Assembly: GCA_963708075.1 (NCBI GenBank)
Contig: OY970194.1
Location: 7,392,001 to 7,456,000 of the forward strand
Source of the DNA: Sedimentisphaerales bacterium
GTDB lineage: Bacteria; Planctomycetota; Phycisphaerae; Sedimentisphaerales; Anaerobacaceae
Direction: 5' to 3'
DNA: 64,000 nucleotides
This document shows, in pieces, positions 21,973 through 33,079 of this stretch. Within the stretch, counting starts at the first letter, position 1, and the number at the start of each line of letters is the position of its first letter. The notes under the pieces were generated by a model. It saw only the letters and a list, made by a program, of their open reading frames with translations, was not told the DNA's origin and did not search any database. Both the position numbers and the translations under genes were made by a program.

Positions 21973-22347
21973 ATGTCGCTAATCGTTCTACCCCGGAACA
22001 CCGGCCCCGAGGCCGTGGCGGAAGCGGAGCACAAATTCAAGGCAGCCATTGAAGATCCTTTGACTGTCCTGATGGTGGTGTACGGCGAAGGGCCTGACGT
22101 CGAGAAAACCCTGGAAGTGTGCACGGCTCGGGCACTAGTGAAGGCAATCATTCGCCGGGTCGTATGGGTGCCCGATCCAGGCGTACTCTCGAAGGAATTG
22201 AAGGCGAAGTACTGGAGAAAGACCTGGGCTGCCATATCCATCGGACTCGACGACGAGGTTGCTGAGGATCTGACGATGGCGAAGGCGAAGGTGCGCATCT
22301 ATGTAGAGCAGGCCTTTCTCCACGCAGAGGGTCAAGGAGGTAAATAA
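21973..22347 (+). CDS. Small hypothetical protein (possibly thioredoxin-like fold without CxxC), translationally coupled to the next gene
   Basis: AGGAGGA RBS; TAATG stop/start overlap with 22347. Confidence 0.7.
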   Translation: MSLIVLPRNTGPEAVAEAEHKFKAAIEDPLTVLMVVYGEGPDVEKTLEVCTARALVKAIIRRVVWVPDPGVLSKELKAKYWRKTWAAISIGLDDEVAEDLTMAKAKVRIYVEQAFLHAEGQGGK

Positions 22348-24469
22348 TGTCGTATCGGATGGTTCTCGCCATGTTGGTTGTCTTCGCAGCAGGATGTACA
22401 ACCGGCGATAAGGGGGACCTGGCCACCCCGGATAAAGGATCTGACGCTGCGACGCCAGAGAACACCACACCGTCAGCCAGCAGTTCTCTGGGCAACGCCT
22501 TCTCGTACACCGAATTGCCCGAGGGAAAGCACGCGAAATCGATGGATTGCAGGGGACACTTGGCTGCCGTGGACTACAAGAGCAAGCTCATCATCAAACC
22601 AGACACGGATCGCGTGAAGGAACTCGCGAACACGAAAGAGGATGTCCTGCCCCCCTTATCGCCGGAGGTTCAAGCCAGGCTTCAAAACCTTCCGGAACTG
22701 ATTAAGGAAGCTGAGAAATACGTGGACGACGCGACCCGTGTGCTCAGGGCAGTAGAGGCGGCAAAGGCTTCCGGGCGGGAGTTGTCGCCCAACGAAATCA
22801 GACAACTCCAGCAAGAGATTGTCGCCCAAGGAGTGCAGGGGGGAAACTCATGGACCTTGTGGTCGAGGTTGCGGAAGCGCACGCGCGGGCTCAATATAGG
22901 GATGACGAAGACGCTGTTGTAGCCGAGGTTAGCCGATTGACGGATCCGCTTGTGAAGGATGCACGCGGCAATGACGTTATTCTGAACGTCGAGGCATTCG
23001 GCGCATTTCTCGGGGAGGAGATCGACTCGGCGACGGCGGAGGCGCGCCGGGACGCCGAATTGGCGGAACGGGAGGGCGCCGTCTTGTTTCGCATGTGGGC
23101 ATGGCTGGACAGTCAGTCCGATTGGGTCAGTATCGAGAACTACTTCGACGCCGGGGGGTTTGAGGGACCGAAACGTCCTCGGGTGACGTTTCGGATGTCG
23201 GACGCTGACCAAGAACGCTTGAAACAGGGGTATCAGTTGGCCGATGAGAGTGCGCGTTTTGTTCGGGACATGCGGAACAAAGAATCATCGTTGCGGGTCA
23301 GACTGGCGTCCCTTTGGAAGACGTCTTCGCTGGAGTTGAAGGATCTCGCCGAATTACCGGCGGACGTGATCGCCAAGGATGCCAAGGACGTGCTCATGAC
23401 GACCATTGACAAGGCGAGCGGTTCTTCTGAGGCGACCGATGAAGAGAAGGAGGAACTCGCCGAGCTCAAAACGTTTCTGGATAAGGAGCTGAATGACGAT
23501 CTGACCAGAACACGGACTGTCTTTCAAAAGCTCGAGGCGATACCCTCGTCAGCCGAGTTCATCAATAGGTACATTGCCTTCACCACGGATGTCAACGCGG
23601 CACTGGATGTTGTCATCAGGTTGCCCGAGAAGATTCGCACGAACATCGGGCGTCTGGATGTCCTAGCGGATGTCTTAAAGAAAATGAACACCGAGGAAAG
23701 AAAAGAACTGCTCGCGTCTGTGGAAGAACAGGTGCTTCCGAACACGAAAGGGCAGCTTGATGCGCTGGTCGACAAGGAACTGGTCCAGTACGCCACCCTG
23801 GCGGCGAAGGTGCAGGGCTTACTGAGCGCGGGCCAGCCTCTGAATCTGGCCAAGGGACTCGAGACGACCCGTGAAAGACCGCCGGTTCGAGCGGTAAGAC
23901 TCGACGAGATTACGGATGGCGCCATCTACCTGAACAAGACTCGAGCGGACCGGGGCAGCGAGCTTACGATCAGGACAGAGCTTTTCACGACGGATGAGAA
24001 GGGGAAGGAGACCGTGCAACAATGGTCGGAGCAGAGCTTTCAAGTAGATCGCTACGGGCTTACCAGTGATTTCTCGGCGAATGTGCTGTTTGTGAATCGT
24101 TTCGGCGGCGGCGAGCCGGGAGATCCGGACACTGACTTCGACCCTGCACCTTCGGCGTCCTGGAATCTGCACTATCGCCTCCGGCCCGACGCAGACGACG
24201 ACTGGCTCAAGAAACTGTACTGCTTCTTCGATCCCGGCTTCGGGATCAACACGGCGGTCCTGGACTTTGAGGATGAGAACGTTCAGATCGGCGCCGGCGT
24301 ACACTTGACATTGTTCGAAGATCTGCTCATCTTTGGTTATGGCTACAACCTGCAGGCGGAAACCGACAACGACTACTTCTATTTCGGCATCGGTGTTCTT
24401 GAGGCCCTTGACACGATTGGCAGTCTGTTCGGGGCTGCATCGGGTACTCTGAATCGGGGAGCGAACTGA
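22347..24469 (+). CDS. Large lipoprotein with helical middle and C-terminal amphipathic beta strands, split by a frameshift at a G6 tract (22838-22843)
   Basis: Lipobox FAAGC; G7 instead of G6 gives VQGGKLMDLVVEV and joins ORFs 22347-22922 and 22850-24469; C-terminal strands such as VQIGAGVHLTLF and YFYFGIGV. Confidence 0.7.
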
Positions 24470-24570
24470 CGTGTCTCAGCCGCGATATAGCCAGCCCGAT
24501 CAAAGTGCCATTCCTGCAACCTCATTCAAAGATTCTAAATGCCGTCGCAGGCCGACGACCTAATTCTTGA

Positions 24571-24627
24571 GTTTCGGATTCGATTAGTTGAATTTGTTTC
24601 GGATTTCGACATTCGAATTTCGAATTT
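24571..24627. repeat. Degenerate heptamer-period repeat (TTTCGGA/TTTCGAC/ATTCGAA/TTTCGAA)
   Basis: Visible 7-nt periodicity between convergent genes. Confidence 0.6.
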
Positions 24628-24642
24628 GACTCCAGGGCCGGT

Positions 24643-25824
24643 TCAGCGGCCGGAGGGCTTCTTGTCTTCTACCAGCATGTTTCGCAGGTAGATGTGCAGG
24701 CTGCCGCTCCAGGGTTTGGTGCAGATGTCGATGTCGCCGTCGCGATCGACGTCGGCGGCTTTGGCCTCGTGGCATTGTTTGCCTTCGAGGATCGTGTGCT
24801 GTTGCCATTGTCCACCCTTGCCGTCGGCGTTCTCCCAGATGAACAGTTTGTGGGTCTCCGGCGAGAGGGGGCCGCCGCCTGAGTAAACGTCCAAGTCCCC
24901 GTCATTGTCGAAGTCCGCCACGGCCAGCGAATGGAAATCCTGTTTCGTGTGGTCGGCGGAGATCAGGTGGCATTGCCACGATTTGGCGTTGTCCTTGTTT
25001 TCGAACCACAGGATCCGGGCGTCCACGGTGTCGGCCTCCGCCTCGATGATGTCCAAGTCCTTATCCTTGTCCACGTCGCAGACCCAGACTTTGATGGCCA
25101 GGCCGTAGCGGTCGGGCCGGTTGCCGCCAGTCGGGGTCAGGTCCGCATGCTCCTTCCATTCGACGCCTTCGCCGTCGGCGTTTTCAAACCACACATCGCC
25201 TCGGACGACATCGTTGTCGCCGTCGCCGTCGAGGTCGCCGACTCCTTGCGGGCCGACGCCGCCGTGGATGCCGCCGCCGATTTTGTGCACGGTCCACTTC
25301 TCGCGGGGATTCGCGGGCATCTCCTGCCAGACGGTGAGAACCTGGTCCTTCTGGTCGCTGATGGCGACCACGTCGAGCCTGCCGTCGCCGTCGATATCGG
25401 CCGCCACGTCGTCGTGACAACTGATCGTGCCGACATCGTACCGCTCGAACGGTTCGGTGCGCGGCTTTCCGGTGTTGCGGTACCAGGCCGTGCCGGTGAT
25501 CTGGTCGATCCAGCCGTCGCCGTCGATGTCGAACGCAGTGCCGCCGACATCGGTCACGGCCCCCTGGCCCAGATCATGCTGAATCCACTGGTCCGGGCCG
25601 GCGCACTCGAACCACCACGTCCTCTTCCGCTCGCCGACGACCCAGTCCAGGTCGCCGTCTTTGTCGATATCGACGAGGGAGGTCTGCCCCATCTCCCGCC
25701 CGATCTCGGCGATCTTATGGTACTCGAATCGCGGCATGGCGGCCGAGGCCGAGCCATCGCCGACGATGGCAACCAGGATGAATACCATCAGCAGAGCGCG
25801 TGTTTGTGTGTGTGGTGTGAACAT
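24643..25824 (-). CDS. Secreted FG-GAP/VCBS repeat protein
   Basis: Seven DxDxDGD-type repeats; signal peptide; AGGAAAGGAG RBS. Confidence 0.9.
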   Translation of the reverse strand: MFTPHTQTRALLMVFILVAIVGDGSASAAMPRFEYHKIAEIGREMGQTSLVDIDKDGDLDWVVGERKRTWWFECAGPDQWIQHDLGQGAVTDVGGTAFDIDGDGWIDQITGTAWYRNTGKPRTEPFERYDVGTISCHDDVAADIDGDGRLDVVAISDQKDQVLTVWQEMPANPREKWTVHKIGGGIHGGVGPQGVGDLDGDGDNDVVRGDVWFENADGEGVEWKEHADLTPTGGNRPDRYGLAIKVWVCDVDKDKDLDIIEAEADTVDARILWFENKDNAKSWQCHLISADHTKQDFHSLAVADFDNDGDLDVYSGGGPLSPETHKLFIWENADGKGGQWQQHTILEGKQCHEAKAADVDRDGDIDICTKPWSGSLHIYLRNMLVEDKKPSGR

Positions 25825-26798
25825 ATCGGCTCCTTTCCTGTATCTCGACCGGTGGCATGGCCGGCCCTTGGGCTCCGCTTGGAGCGTGCGAAGAAACTGA
25901 CTACAGAGTGCCCGGAGAGCACGGTGACAGACCACAACATTCGATGCATAGCATACCACCGATCCGCCCGACGGAAAAGCAGGTAATTCGTGTCGCGGGC
26001 GGCCGCCGGTTGTCTGCACATGTGACTACATGATTCACCGATGAATCTATTCGGAAATGCGCAAATTACGTATTTCTACGTATTGACAAATGCGAGAATA
26101 ATACTTCTAATTACGTGTGTATCGGGGTCAAGGACGATCCGGAGGCGTTGTTTGCTACGGTTGGCCCCTAATGCCTGAGTGGATGCTCAGGTTGTCATCC
26201 TGCCTCTCTATGTCACGGAGGAGAGAAATCACCGAACAGTCACTCCGGGTGTTGTCTGCGCCTATGTGCAGGGAGCGCCTGAGGAGAAGCGCTACCGGTG
26301 TGCCTTCGGTGTTTCTTCACGGCCCGGCTTGTCAGGAGGACAACAGATGGAGAAGAGGGTGGCCAAGACATATGGCACAGGAGGTCGGAGACCCCGTCGT
26401 GTGCTCTCCCCGCGTTTGCGACCCGGGTGTTCTGTACCCGTGACGAATGGCAGTGTATTCGCGTACCTGTCCCGCAGAGGGGTCGAGGACGCGGAAAGGA
26501 GACCGGTGGCCTTCCGTGGTGGGCATGGCGGTCCCTGCGGCCTTGCGAGGCCCTACCTTCCAGGTACATCTGAGCATTCAAAGACGAGACAGCGCGAGCA
26601 TACCGACCTCTCAACATCATGCGGAATTCGTATGCGCGCGGGGGCCCCCGCTGATCTACAGTGCGCTGACAAATTGTAACGGATTGTCGGGACGGGCATG
26701 CACAGTCGAGCAGCCGCGAAGGCCGCGGTAGGCGCAGGAAGACGGTTCGAGCGGAGTGTGCCTGTCCCTAATCACTTAGCATCAGGAGGAGAGTTGAG

Positions 26799-27566
26799 AT
26801 GAAGAGGTTGAGTTTCATGTTTGCGGTGGTGGCGGTCCTGTCCGCGTCGCCATCATTCGCCCTGTTTGAGAACGGTGACTTTGAGATGGGGGATTTCACT
26901 GGATGGACCCTGGACTATGGACGCGCTCAGGGCACCGGATTGCCTGTCATCTGGGGTTGGCCTGACCATGGCCTGAGAACGGTGATTGACAGTACAGCCA
27001 CCATGGCAGGTCAGACTCTAGACATCAATCCCTACACGGGCAGCTACATGGCCAGAATCAACGACATCTTCGGCAGCTATCATGCCACGAAGATCTGGCA
27101 GGAGGACGCCATCACTCAGCAGGACATCGACAATGGGGCAAGGCTCTATGTGAACTGGGGCGCTGCCCTCATCGAGCCTTCCAATGAGCATCCGGTGGGC
27201 GATCAGCCCTTCTTCGGCATCACCGTTTCCGTGGGAGGCACGGTGCAGGACACCTTCTACGCTGACGCACTCACGAAGCAAGGCGGCGGTTGGACCGAGG
27301 CCGGAAATTCCGGAGGCAGTCTCTGGTACAAGACCGGACAATGGACGGTGGATCTATCCAGTTTCCCCATCGGGGAAGACGTCAAAGTCGAGATGTATGT
27401 CGCCGATTGCGGCTGGGGCGGTCACGGCGGCTACGCTTTTCTGGATAGCATCGGTACGGTCAGACCTCCGCTACCGCCGAATCCTGCTGTCCCTGCCCCG
27501 GGGGCTCTTCTGCTCTGCAGTCTGGGGACGGGGCTCGTGGCTTGGATGCGTCACCGGTCGATTTGA
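26799..27566 (+). CDS. PEP-CTERM-like (PAPGA variant) surface protein
   Basis: AGGAGGAG RBS; signal peptide; FENGDFEMGDFTGW start; VPAPGA, TM helix, then MRHR. Confidence 0.85.
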   Translation: MKRLSFMFAVVAVLSASPSFALFENGDFEMGDFTGWTLDYGRAQGTGLPVIWGWPDHGLRTVIDSTATMAGQTLDINPYTGSYMARINDIFGSYHATKIWQEDAITQQDIDNGARLYVNWGAALIEPSNEHPVGDQPFFGITVSVGGTVQDTFYADALTKQGGGWTEAGNSGGSLWYKTGQWTVDLSSFPIGEDVKVEMYVADCGWGGHGGYAFLDSIGTVRPPLPPNPAVPAPGALLLCSLGTGLVAWMRHRSI

Positions 27567-28525
27567 TCTCACATGAGTCCTGCCGGCGTGTGCGGGCTTA
27601 TGCAGATAGGAAAGCGGGCCGAGGTCCTGGACAAGGACTTTGGCCCGCTTCTCGACAAGGAATGAGGACTGGTCCACGATGTAGATACGGCTAAGCCTCC
27701 GTGCGGCCGCCAGTGGTGCAGCGGGCGGCTATGGGCGAGCTCTTCCCCATCGGTTTGCTCCATGCTAAGGGAGACCGATGCAGTAGAGGTTCCGCTTGCC
27801 TTTGAGATAGATTCGATCTCCAACGATGGCGGGGGAGGCGTCGAATTCGTCGTCGAGCTTGTTCGTGGCCAGGATTTTGAACTCCTCGGCGTTTTGGATG
27901 ACCTGAGCCGTACCTTTGCGGCCGACGAAATAGACGCGGTCGGTCGCGCCCACCGGCGAGGCGTAGATCTCGCCGACCTCGGGCAGGGACTGTTCGACGA
28001 AGTTGGCTTTGCCCGTTCGAGTCTGGTAGCAGGAGACGACGGCCTTATTGACGGAGCAGACGTAGAGATTGTCGCCATAGAGAATCGGCGACGGGACATA
28101 GGGTGTCCCTTTCTTGACCTGCCACCGGACGGCGTCGGTGCCGGAGAGGTCGCCGGTCCGGCCGAGCTCGATCGCCTGCAGTGCGCTGCCGCGAAAGCCG
28201 CTGGTGCAGAAGATCATGCCGAAGGCGACGATGGGAGAGGGAATGACGTTGGCCGTCTGGCCGCTGCACTGCCAGATCAGATCGCCGGTCCGCAAGTCGT
28301 AGCTGCGAATGAGCTTGGTCGCGCTGACGATCACCTGCGTCTTACCGTTCACGTCCGCTGTGACCGGCGTCGCCCAGGAGGTGGCCTCGTCGCGCGGCTG
28401 CTTCCACAGGATTTGCCCGGTCGTCTTGTCCAGCGCGTAGATGCATGATCCCGCCTCGTGATCCATCACGACGATCAGGGCGTCCCCGGCCAGGGCGGGA
28501 GAGCTGCCTTCCCCGAACGCCATCT

Positions 28526-29635
28526 TATTGATCTTTGAATAGTTAAAGTAAAAGTGACACGATGTCACAGTCTAAGCCCAGCATGCTTGAAGAACGAACG
28601 CAAGAGAGACTGGTGAGTTTTTGTCTGCTCCAGCGAATGTCGCACCGCCTGCGTGAGGTCAGTGAGATTCTCCGGGCAGAAGTTGGCCAAGTCCATGTAC
28701 TTCGTCCGCGTCCAGACCTGTTCATCAGGATTGAGTTGCGGGGCGTAGGACGGCAGCCATTCGATTTGTACTCGACGAGGGAACCGACGCCGGAGTTGCT
28801 CCACGGCGGACAGATGAACGGGCCAACGATCCAGGACCAGGATGATCCCGTGGGGAAAATGTTCAAGAAGTTCCGCCACGAGGGTTCTCAATGTCGGGAG
28901 TACGGATGTTGTGCTCTTGGAGCGCGAAGTACAGGTCCAGATGCCGACGCTGCGGCGAGACCGTGACCACCGACATTCCGGAGAGGCGGTCGTGACGCTC
29001 CCAACGGTACAGGAGCGGCGTATCCCCATGGGGACCCCAGGTCCGGCGGACCACCGGCTGGAGCATAAAGCCGGTTTCATCGAGAAAAACGATGTTTCGA
29101 CCGCTATGCCGAGCTTTTTTTTATACGCGGCCAGTCTTGTTGACGCCAACGGGCAATGGCCTCTTCGTCGCGTTCGCGCGCCCGGCCTTCGGGTTTCTGG
29201 CAACTCCAGCCGATGCCACGCAGCACGTGCCAGACCCCGGAAGGGTCGTAGCGGACGCCGAAACGCCTCTCGATCACTTCGGCGATCCGCTTCAGCGTCC
29301 ACAGGTCGGTCATATATCCGTGGGCGAGAGGACCTTTTAACAGCAACCGTTCCAGCTTCTGGCGTTGCCGGACCGTCAACTTGGGCCGGCGGCCGGGATG
29401 CGGCTTGGCCTTCAAGCCGTCCCGTCCCGCCTGCTGAGAAATCTTCTTCCACCGGGATACAGCCGCCGGCGAGACGCCGAGTCTCCGGGCCACTTCGCTG
29501 GGACCGTGACCGGCTTCGAGCAACGCGAAGGCCTGAAGCCGGTGACATTCGAGCTCTTCGGGTTTTCCTGGGGTTCTCATGCATGAAGATATCGATCCGT
29601 CACGGCGATTTACTTTAACTATTCAAAGATCAATA
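28526..29635 (-). mobile_element. IS630-family insertion sequence, family B
   Basis: 27-bp IR TATTGATCTTTGAATAGTTAAAGTAAA including duplicated TA; target TTAA. Confidence 0.95.
28565..29580 (-). CDS. IS630 family B transposase, read across three frames (A8 tract near 29115 and an extra base near 28885)
   Basis: HTH MRTPGKPEELE...SEVARRLGVS; catalytic VFLDETG, LVLDRWPVH, YAPQLNPDE. Confidence 0.85.
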
Positions 29636-30462
29636 ATAGTCATTTTACCCAAGTCCCGGCTCCACTTGTGCTCGCCATTGAGATCGTAGCAGTGAACACC
29701 GCGCGAGCCGAAGCTCGCCCACACGTGCCGGCCGTCGGTGACGGGCGAGTACGATGCGAAGCCGTGGTTGGGATGGGTGCCCTCGTGCGGCACCTCCTCG
29801 CGGGCGGTCTTTTGCCAAAGGGTTCGTCCGGTCGCCCGGTCCACGCAGACCAGATCGAACTTATACACGTTCTTCGGCGCCTGGCCCCCGTGGAAAGGCA
29901 TCGGAGCGTTTGCGTCGGACACCCGGGCCTGCGTCGGCGTGCCCAGGCGATCTGTCTTGATGGCGGTGAGATAGAGAATCTTATCGGCCCAGATTATTGG
30001 GCTGGAGGTCCCTTCGCCCGGCAGCGGGACTTTCCACTTGATGTTCTCGGTTTCGCTCCAGGTCAGGGGCGGCTTGCCCGCCGGGGCGACGCCTGAGGCC
30101 CGCGGGCCTCGCCATGCCGGCCAATAGTCATCCGCCGACTCCGCGTAGATACTGCCCGCCAACAGCGCCGAAATGAGGATAGAACTTCTGAACGTCTCTG
30201 TGATCCTGCCCACTGGATGTCCTCCTGTAAGCTGTTTCGTGTACCGGTGATCGCCCCAACCAGGAAGGTGCGACATACCTGCGAACGTGCAAAGGATAAC
30301 AGATCGCCACGATCCGTGCAACCCAATCACAGTCGGCACTATATTGCCGCCGGACAGAGGGTAAAATGGTCGCGTGGCCGTCAGATTGCGACGGATTTTC
30401 CTCTTGCGGCGAGAATAGAAGGCGGAAACAGGATGAGTCCTGAATTGCTGATCGCGCGGTGA

Positions 30463-30996
30463 GTGGGAGTGGAGTCAGAGGTAACCACTATCCAGAAGGC
30501 TCAGGGCGGCAGTGAGCCTGCGTGGCGGCGGCTGTTCGAGTTACATTTCGACGCCGTCTATCGGTTCTGCCTCGCCCTGACGGCGGGCCGGCGGGAGTTG
30601 GCCGAGGAGACGACACAACAGGCCTTCATCACGGCCGCTCAGCGGATTGACAGGTATCACCCCCAGCAAGGGACTTTCCGGGCGTGGCTGCTGGGCATCG
30701 CGAGGAACCGGTATCTGAGGTTACAGGCCAAGGAGAGGCGGCGCCGGCGACACGAAGCCCTGTCGGAGAATCACACACTGGCGAGCAGCCCCAAGCCTGA
30801 CCTGATGGTGCATGAGGCATTGGCTCGCCTGCCGCTGGAATACCGGAGGGCCCTGGAGAGCAAGTATCTCCGGCGGCTGACCATGAAAGAAATGGCCGAA
30901 AGCGACGGCATGAGTATCGAGGCAATCGAGTCCCTTCTGCGGAGGGCAAGGGACCGATTCGCTCAGATTCACGAACAAATGCAGAATGAAAGATAG
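30463..30996 (+). CDS. ECF sigma factor
   Basis: Region 2 AEETTQQAF and FRAWLLGIARN; region 4 HTH. Confidence 0.9.
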   Translation: MGVESEVTTIQKAQGGSEPAWRRLFELHFDAVYRFCLALTAGRRELAEETTQQAFITAAQRIDRYHPQQGTFRAWLLGIARNRYLRLQAKERRRRRHEALSENHTLASSPKPDLMVHEALARLPLEYRRALESKYLRRLTMKEMAESDGMSIEAIESLLRRARDRFAQIHEQMQNER

Positions 30997-31010
30997 CAGG
31001 GGGTACGGAC

Positions 31011-31577
31011 ATGAACGACCACGATATGGACAATCTGCTTGAACGAAGCCTGTCAGGTCACCCACCCGGAGAGGTATTCCGAGCCAGGGTGCTGCTTGAT
31101 TCCACGGCGGCGCTGGTGCGTCACAGACAGATCGTTCGGACATGGCATCGGGCGGCCCTCTCAGCAGCGGCGGTCCTGATCGCCTCGGTGTCATTTCTGA
31201 TCGGGCGCAGCTCAGTCGAACCGCGTCTGTCACAGCCGGTGGCGGAGCCGGTTGTGGCAGACGCCGGCGACACCGTCGTCGTGCCGAAGGATCTGATCGC
31301 GTGTGTGAGCGCGGCACGGCTGTTCAAGCAACTCGGCATGGAAGACCGGATGAATCGTGCCCTCGACTCCGCCGGCAGGCTGCTGCCTCGCGAAGCGATC
31401 GCCGCGGGCGCCGCCGCAGGGCCTGTGTTCCTGGCTGCGAGCGGCGACGGGATCGAGAGTCACAGCGGGCAGGTGGAATCGGGCCCAAAGGCGGGTTCAC
31501 CCCAGTCGGTGGAGAGTATGAATCGCATCTTGGCGGGACTTCTTGGAGGTTATGACCATGCAAACAAGACAAATTAG
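31011..31577 (+). CDS. Putative single-pass anti-sigma factor
   Basis: Directly follows the ECF gene; one TM helix AALSAAAVLIASVSFLIG. Confidence 0.7.
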   Translation: MNDHDMDNLLERSLSGHPPGEVFRARVLLDSTAALVRHRQIVRTWHRAALSAAAVLIASVSFLIGRSSVEPRLSQPVAEPVVADAGDTVVVPKDLIACVSAARLFKQLGMEDRMNRALDSAGRLLPREAIAAGAAAGPVFLAASGDGIESHSGQVESGPKAGSPQSVESMNRILAGLLGGYDHANKTN

Positions 31578-32919
31578 AAATCTGCTGTGTCTTCTTTGTC
31601 TCAGTGTGGCGACGGTTGTGGCGGGCCAGAGCGAGACGCCGAGTGTCTTCGAGCGCGTTCAGCGGATAGACGACCCGCAATTGGGAGAGTTGATCCGGGT
31701 GGCGCTGGACAACCATGGCGGCACCGACCAAAAGGAGAAGCTGGAATTGATACGCAAGGTCACTCTCAGTTATGCCCAAATCCGGCTGTTCGACCAGCAG
31801 ATCGCGGAGATCTCCCGCAAGCTCGAATCGACACCGGGCCCCGCCGACGTGCGCTATGAGTTGGTGATGGCCCGGACGGAACTCGAATCGAAGCTGATGA
31901 CGGAGCTGACGAATCTCAGGGAGGTGATGGGCGTCATCCCCAAGTTCCCCTTCGATAAACAGGTCGTGGAGACGCTCCACACCTGGCTGCACCTGAATCC
32001 TATCTCTCCGGATCGCGTGTATGTGCTCGACACCAAAAAGCCCATTATCGACTGGTGGGCTTACTCCCGGTATGAATCCCTTGGATTGATGCCTCCGCAG
32101 AAGGTGCTGGAGCTGATCCGGGAGCGGCTGAAGGACCCGAACAACCTGCCGGCCAAGATCGACATCCTCTGGACGGGCGAGACGGCGCAGGACCTTCGTG
32201 ACAAGACGATGGAACTGGTCCGGCAGATGGGCGCGGCGGCGAAGACGGAGGTTGGCTTGTGGAAGAACGATTTCATCGGCTCCGGTGAAGCGCCGTTCTT
32301 CCTCAGGCAGGGCAAGATCACGACCCTGTACCCGGTGCCCGTGGAGCGACCGGATGGGACCCCCGACAAAGCCCTCCGGACGGGCCCCGTTGAGCCGCAG
32401 GATTTCGAGCAGCATATCCTGTGGCGCATCACGTTTGTTTGGAACCTCCCGTTCACATTTCGGATTGAACATGACCAGGCGAGTTCCGACCTGGCTCAGC
32501 GCATCGCCGATCAGATCAAGACGATAGCGAATCGTCTAGGCGTCAGCGACCTGGTCGGTGTGCAGTCCGTTCTGGTGGAGCCGGTGCCTGAACAAGCCTT
32601 CCTGGGGCAATGGTGGGTCGATGGCAAGAGCGAAATCCAGGCCCTCAACGTCCAGCCCGGGGGCAAGTGCTCGCTCACGTGGAGGCGGGATGCAAGATCG
32701 AAGCGGGCCGGGACGACGGTCACCTACCCGTGGACGATAACGACCAAGGAGATCGTCATAGACCCCGGCGAGGACTCCAAGGCCGACTGGAATTGGTACA
32801 CCTATCGTGGATACGTCAACGCGGACGGCCATCTCGCTCTGGAAAAGGGACTCATCTACCCCCAAGGCGCTTTCTATCGCGCCGGCGACCCGACCATGAC
32901 TTTCCAGAAGGTGAAATAG
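31558..32919 (+). CDS. Secreted hypothetical protein with N-terminal coiled coil, in the ECF operon
   Basis: Signal peptide; GGAGG RBS; overlaps the anti-sigma gene end. Confidence 0.75.
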   Translation: MQTRQIRNLLCLLCLSVATVVAGQSETPSVFERVQRIDDPQLGELIRVALDNHGGTDQKEKLELIRKVTLSYAQIRLFDQQIAEISRKLESTPGPADVRYELVMARTELESKLMTELTNLREVMGVIPKFPFDKQVVETLHTWLHLNPISPDRVYVLDTKKPIIDWWAYSRYESLGLMPPQKVLELIRERLKDPNNLPAKIDILWTGETAQDLRDKTMELVRQMGAAAKTEVGLWKNDFIGSGEAPFFLRQGKITTLYPVPVERPDGTPDKALRTGPVEPQDFEQHILWRITFVWNLPFTFRIEHDQASSDLAQRIADQIKTIANRLGVSDLVGVQSVLVEPVPEQAFLGQWWVDGKSEIQALNVQPGGKCSLTWRRDARSKRAGTTVTYPWTITTKEIVIDPGEDSKADWNWYTYRGYVNADGHLALEKGLIYPQGAFYRAGDPTMTFQKVK

Positions 32920-33079
32920 GGCTGTAGTTCGAGTCACCGCGGAGGATCGCCGCCGGTGGGAAGACCATAGAGAGCACACCGGACATGCAGCCCGGACGTG
33001 GCGCATAGTCTCTATGCCTGTGCAGGAGCCGCAGCACGTTGAGACGTGTATCCGGAAGGCATTACTGGGAGGAATGGAC

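Larger units (their letters stand above)
27765..30213 (-). pseudogene. PQQ-like beta-propeller (BamB-like) protein interrupted by IS630
   Basis: WPAWRGP, SSPII and SPVTDG repeats; removing the IS restores RDLGKMTI-KMAFGEGSSP in frame; GTG at 30213 follows AGGAGGA. Confidence 0.92.

Noticed and set aside
21677..21982. 101-aa ORF upstream of the two-gene module
   Set aside because: TTG start, no RBS and no motif; more likely intergenic
26110..26790. Known riboswitch or small CDS in the long leader
   Set aside because: No cobalamin, TPP, SAM or c-di-GMP consensus recognised; the ORFs lack an RBS and plausible composition
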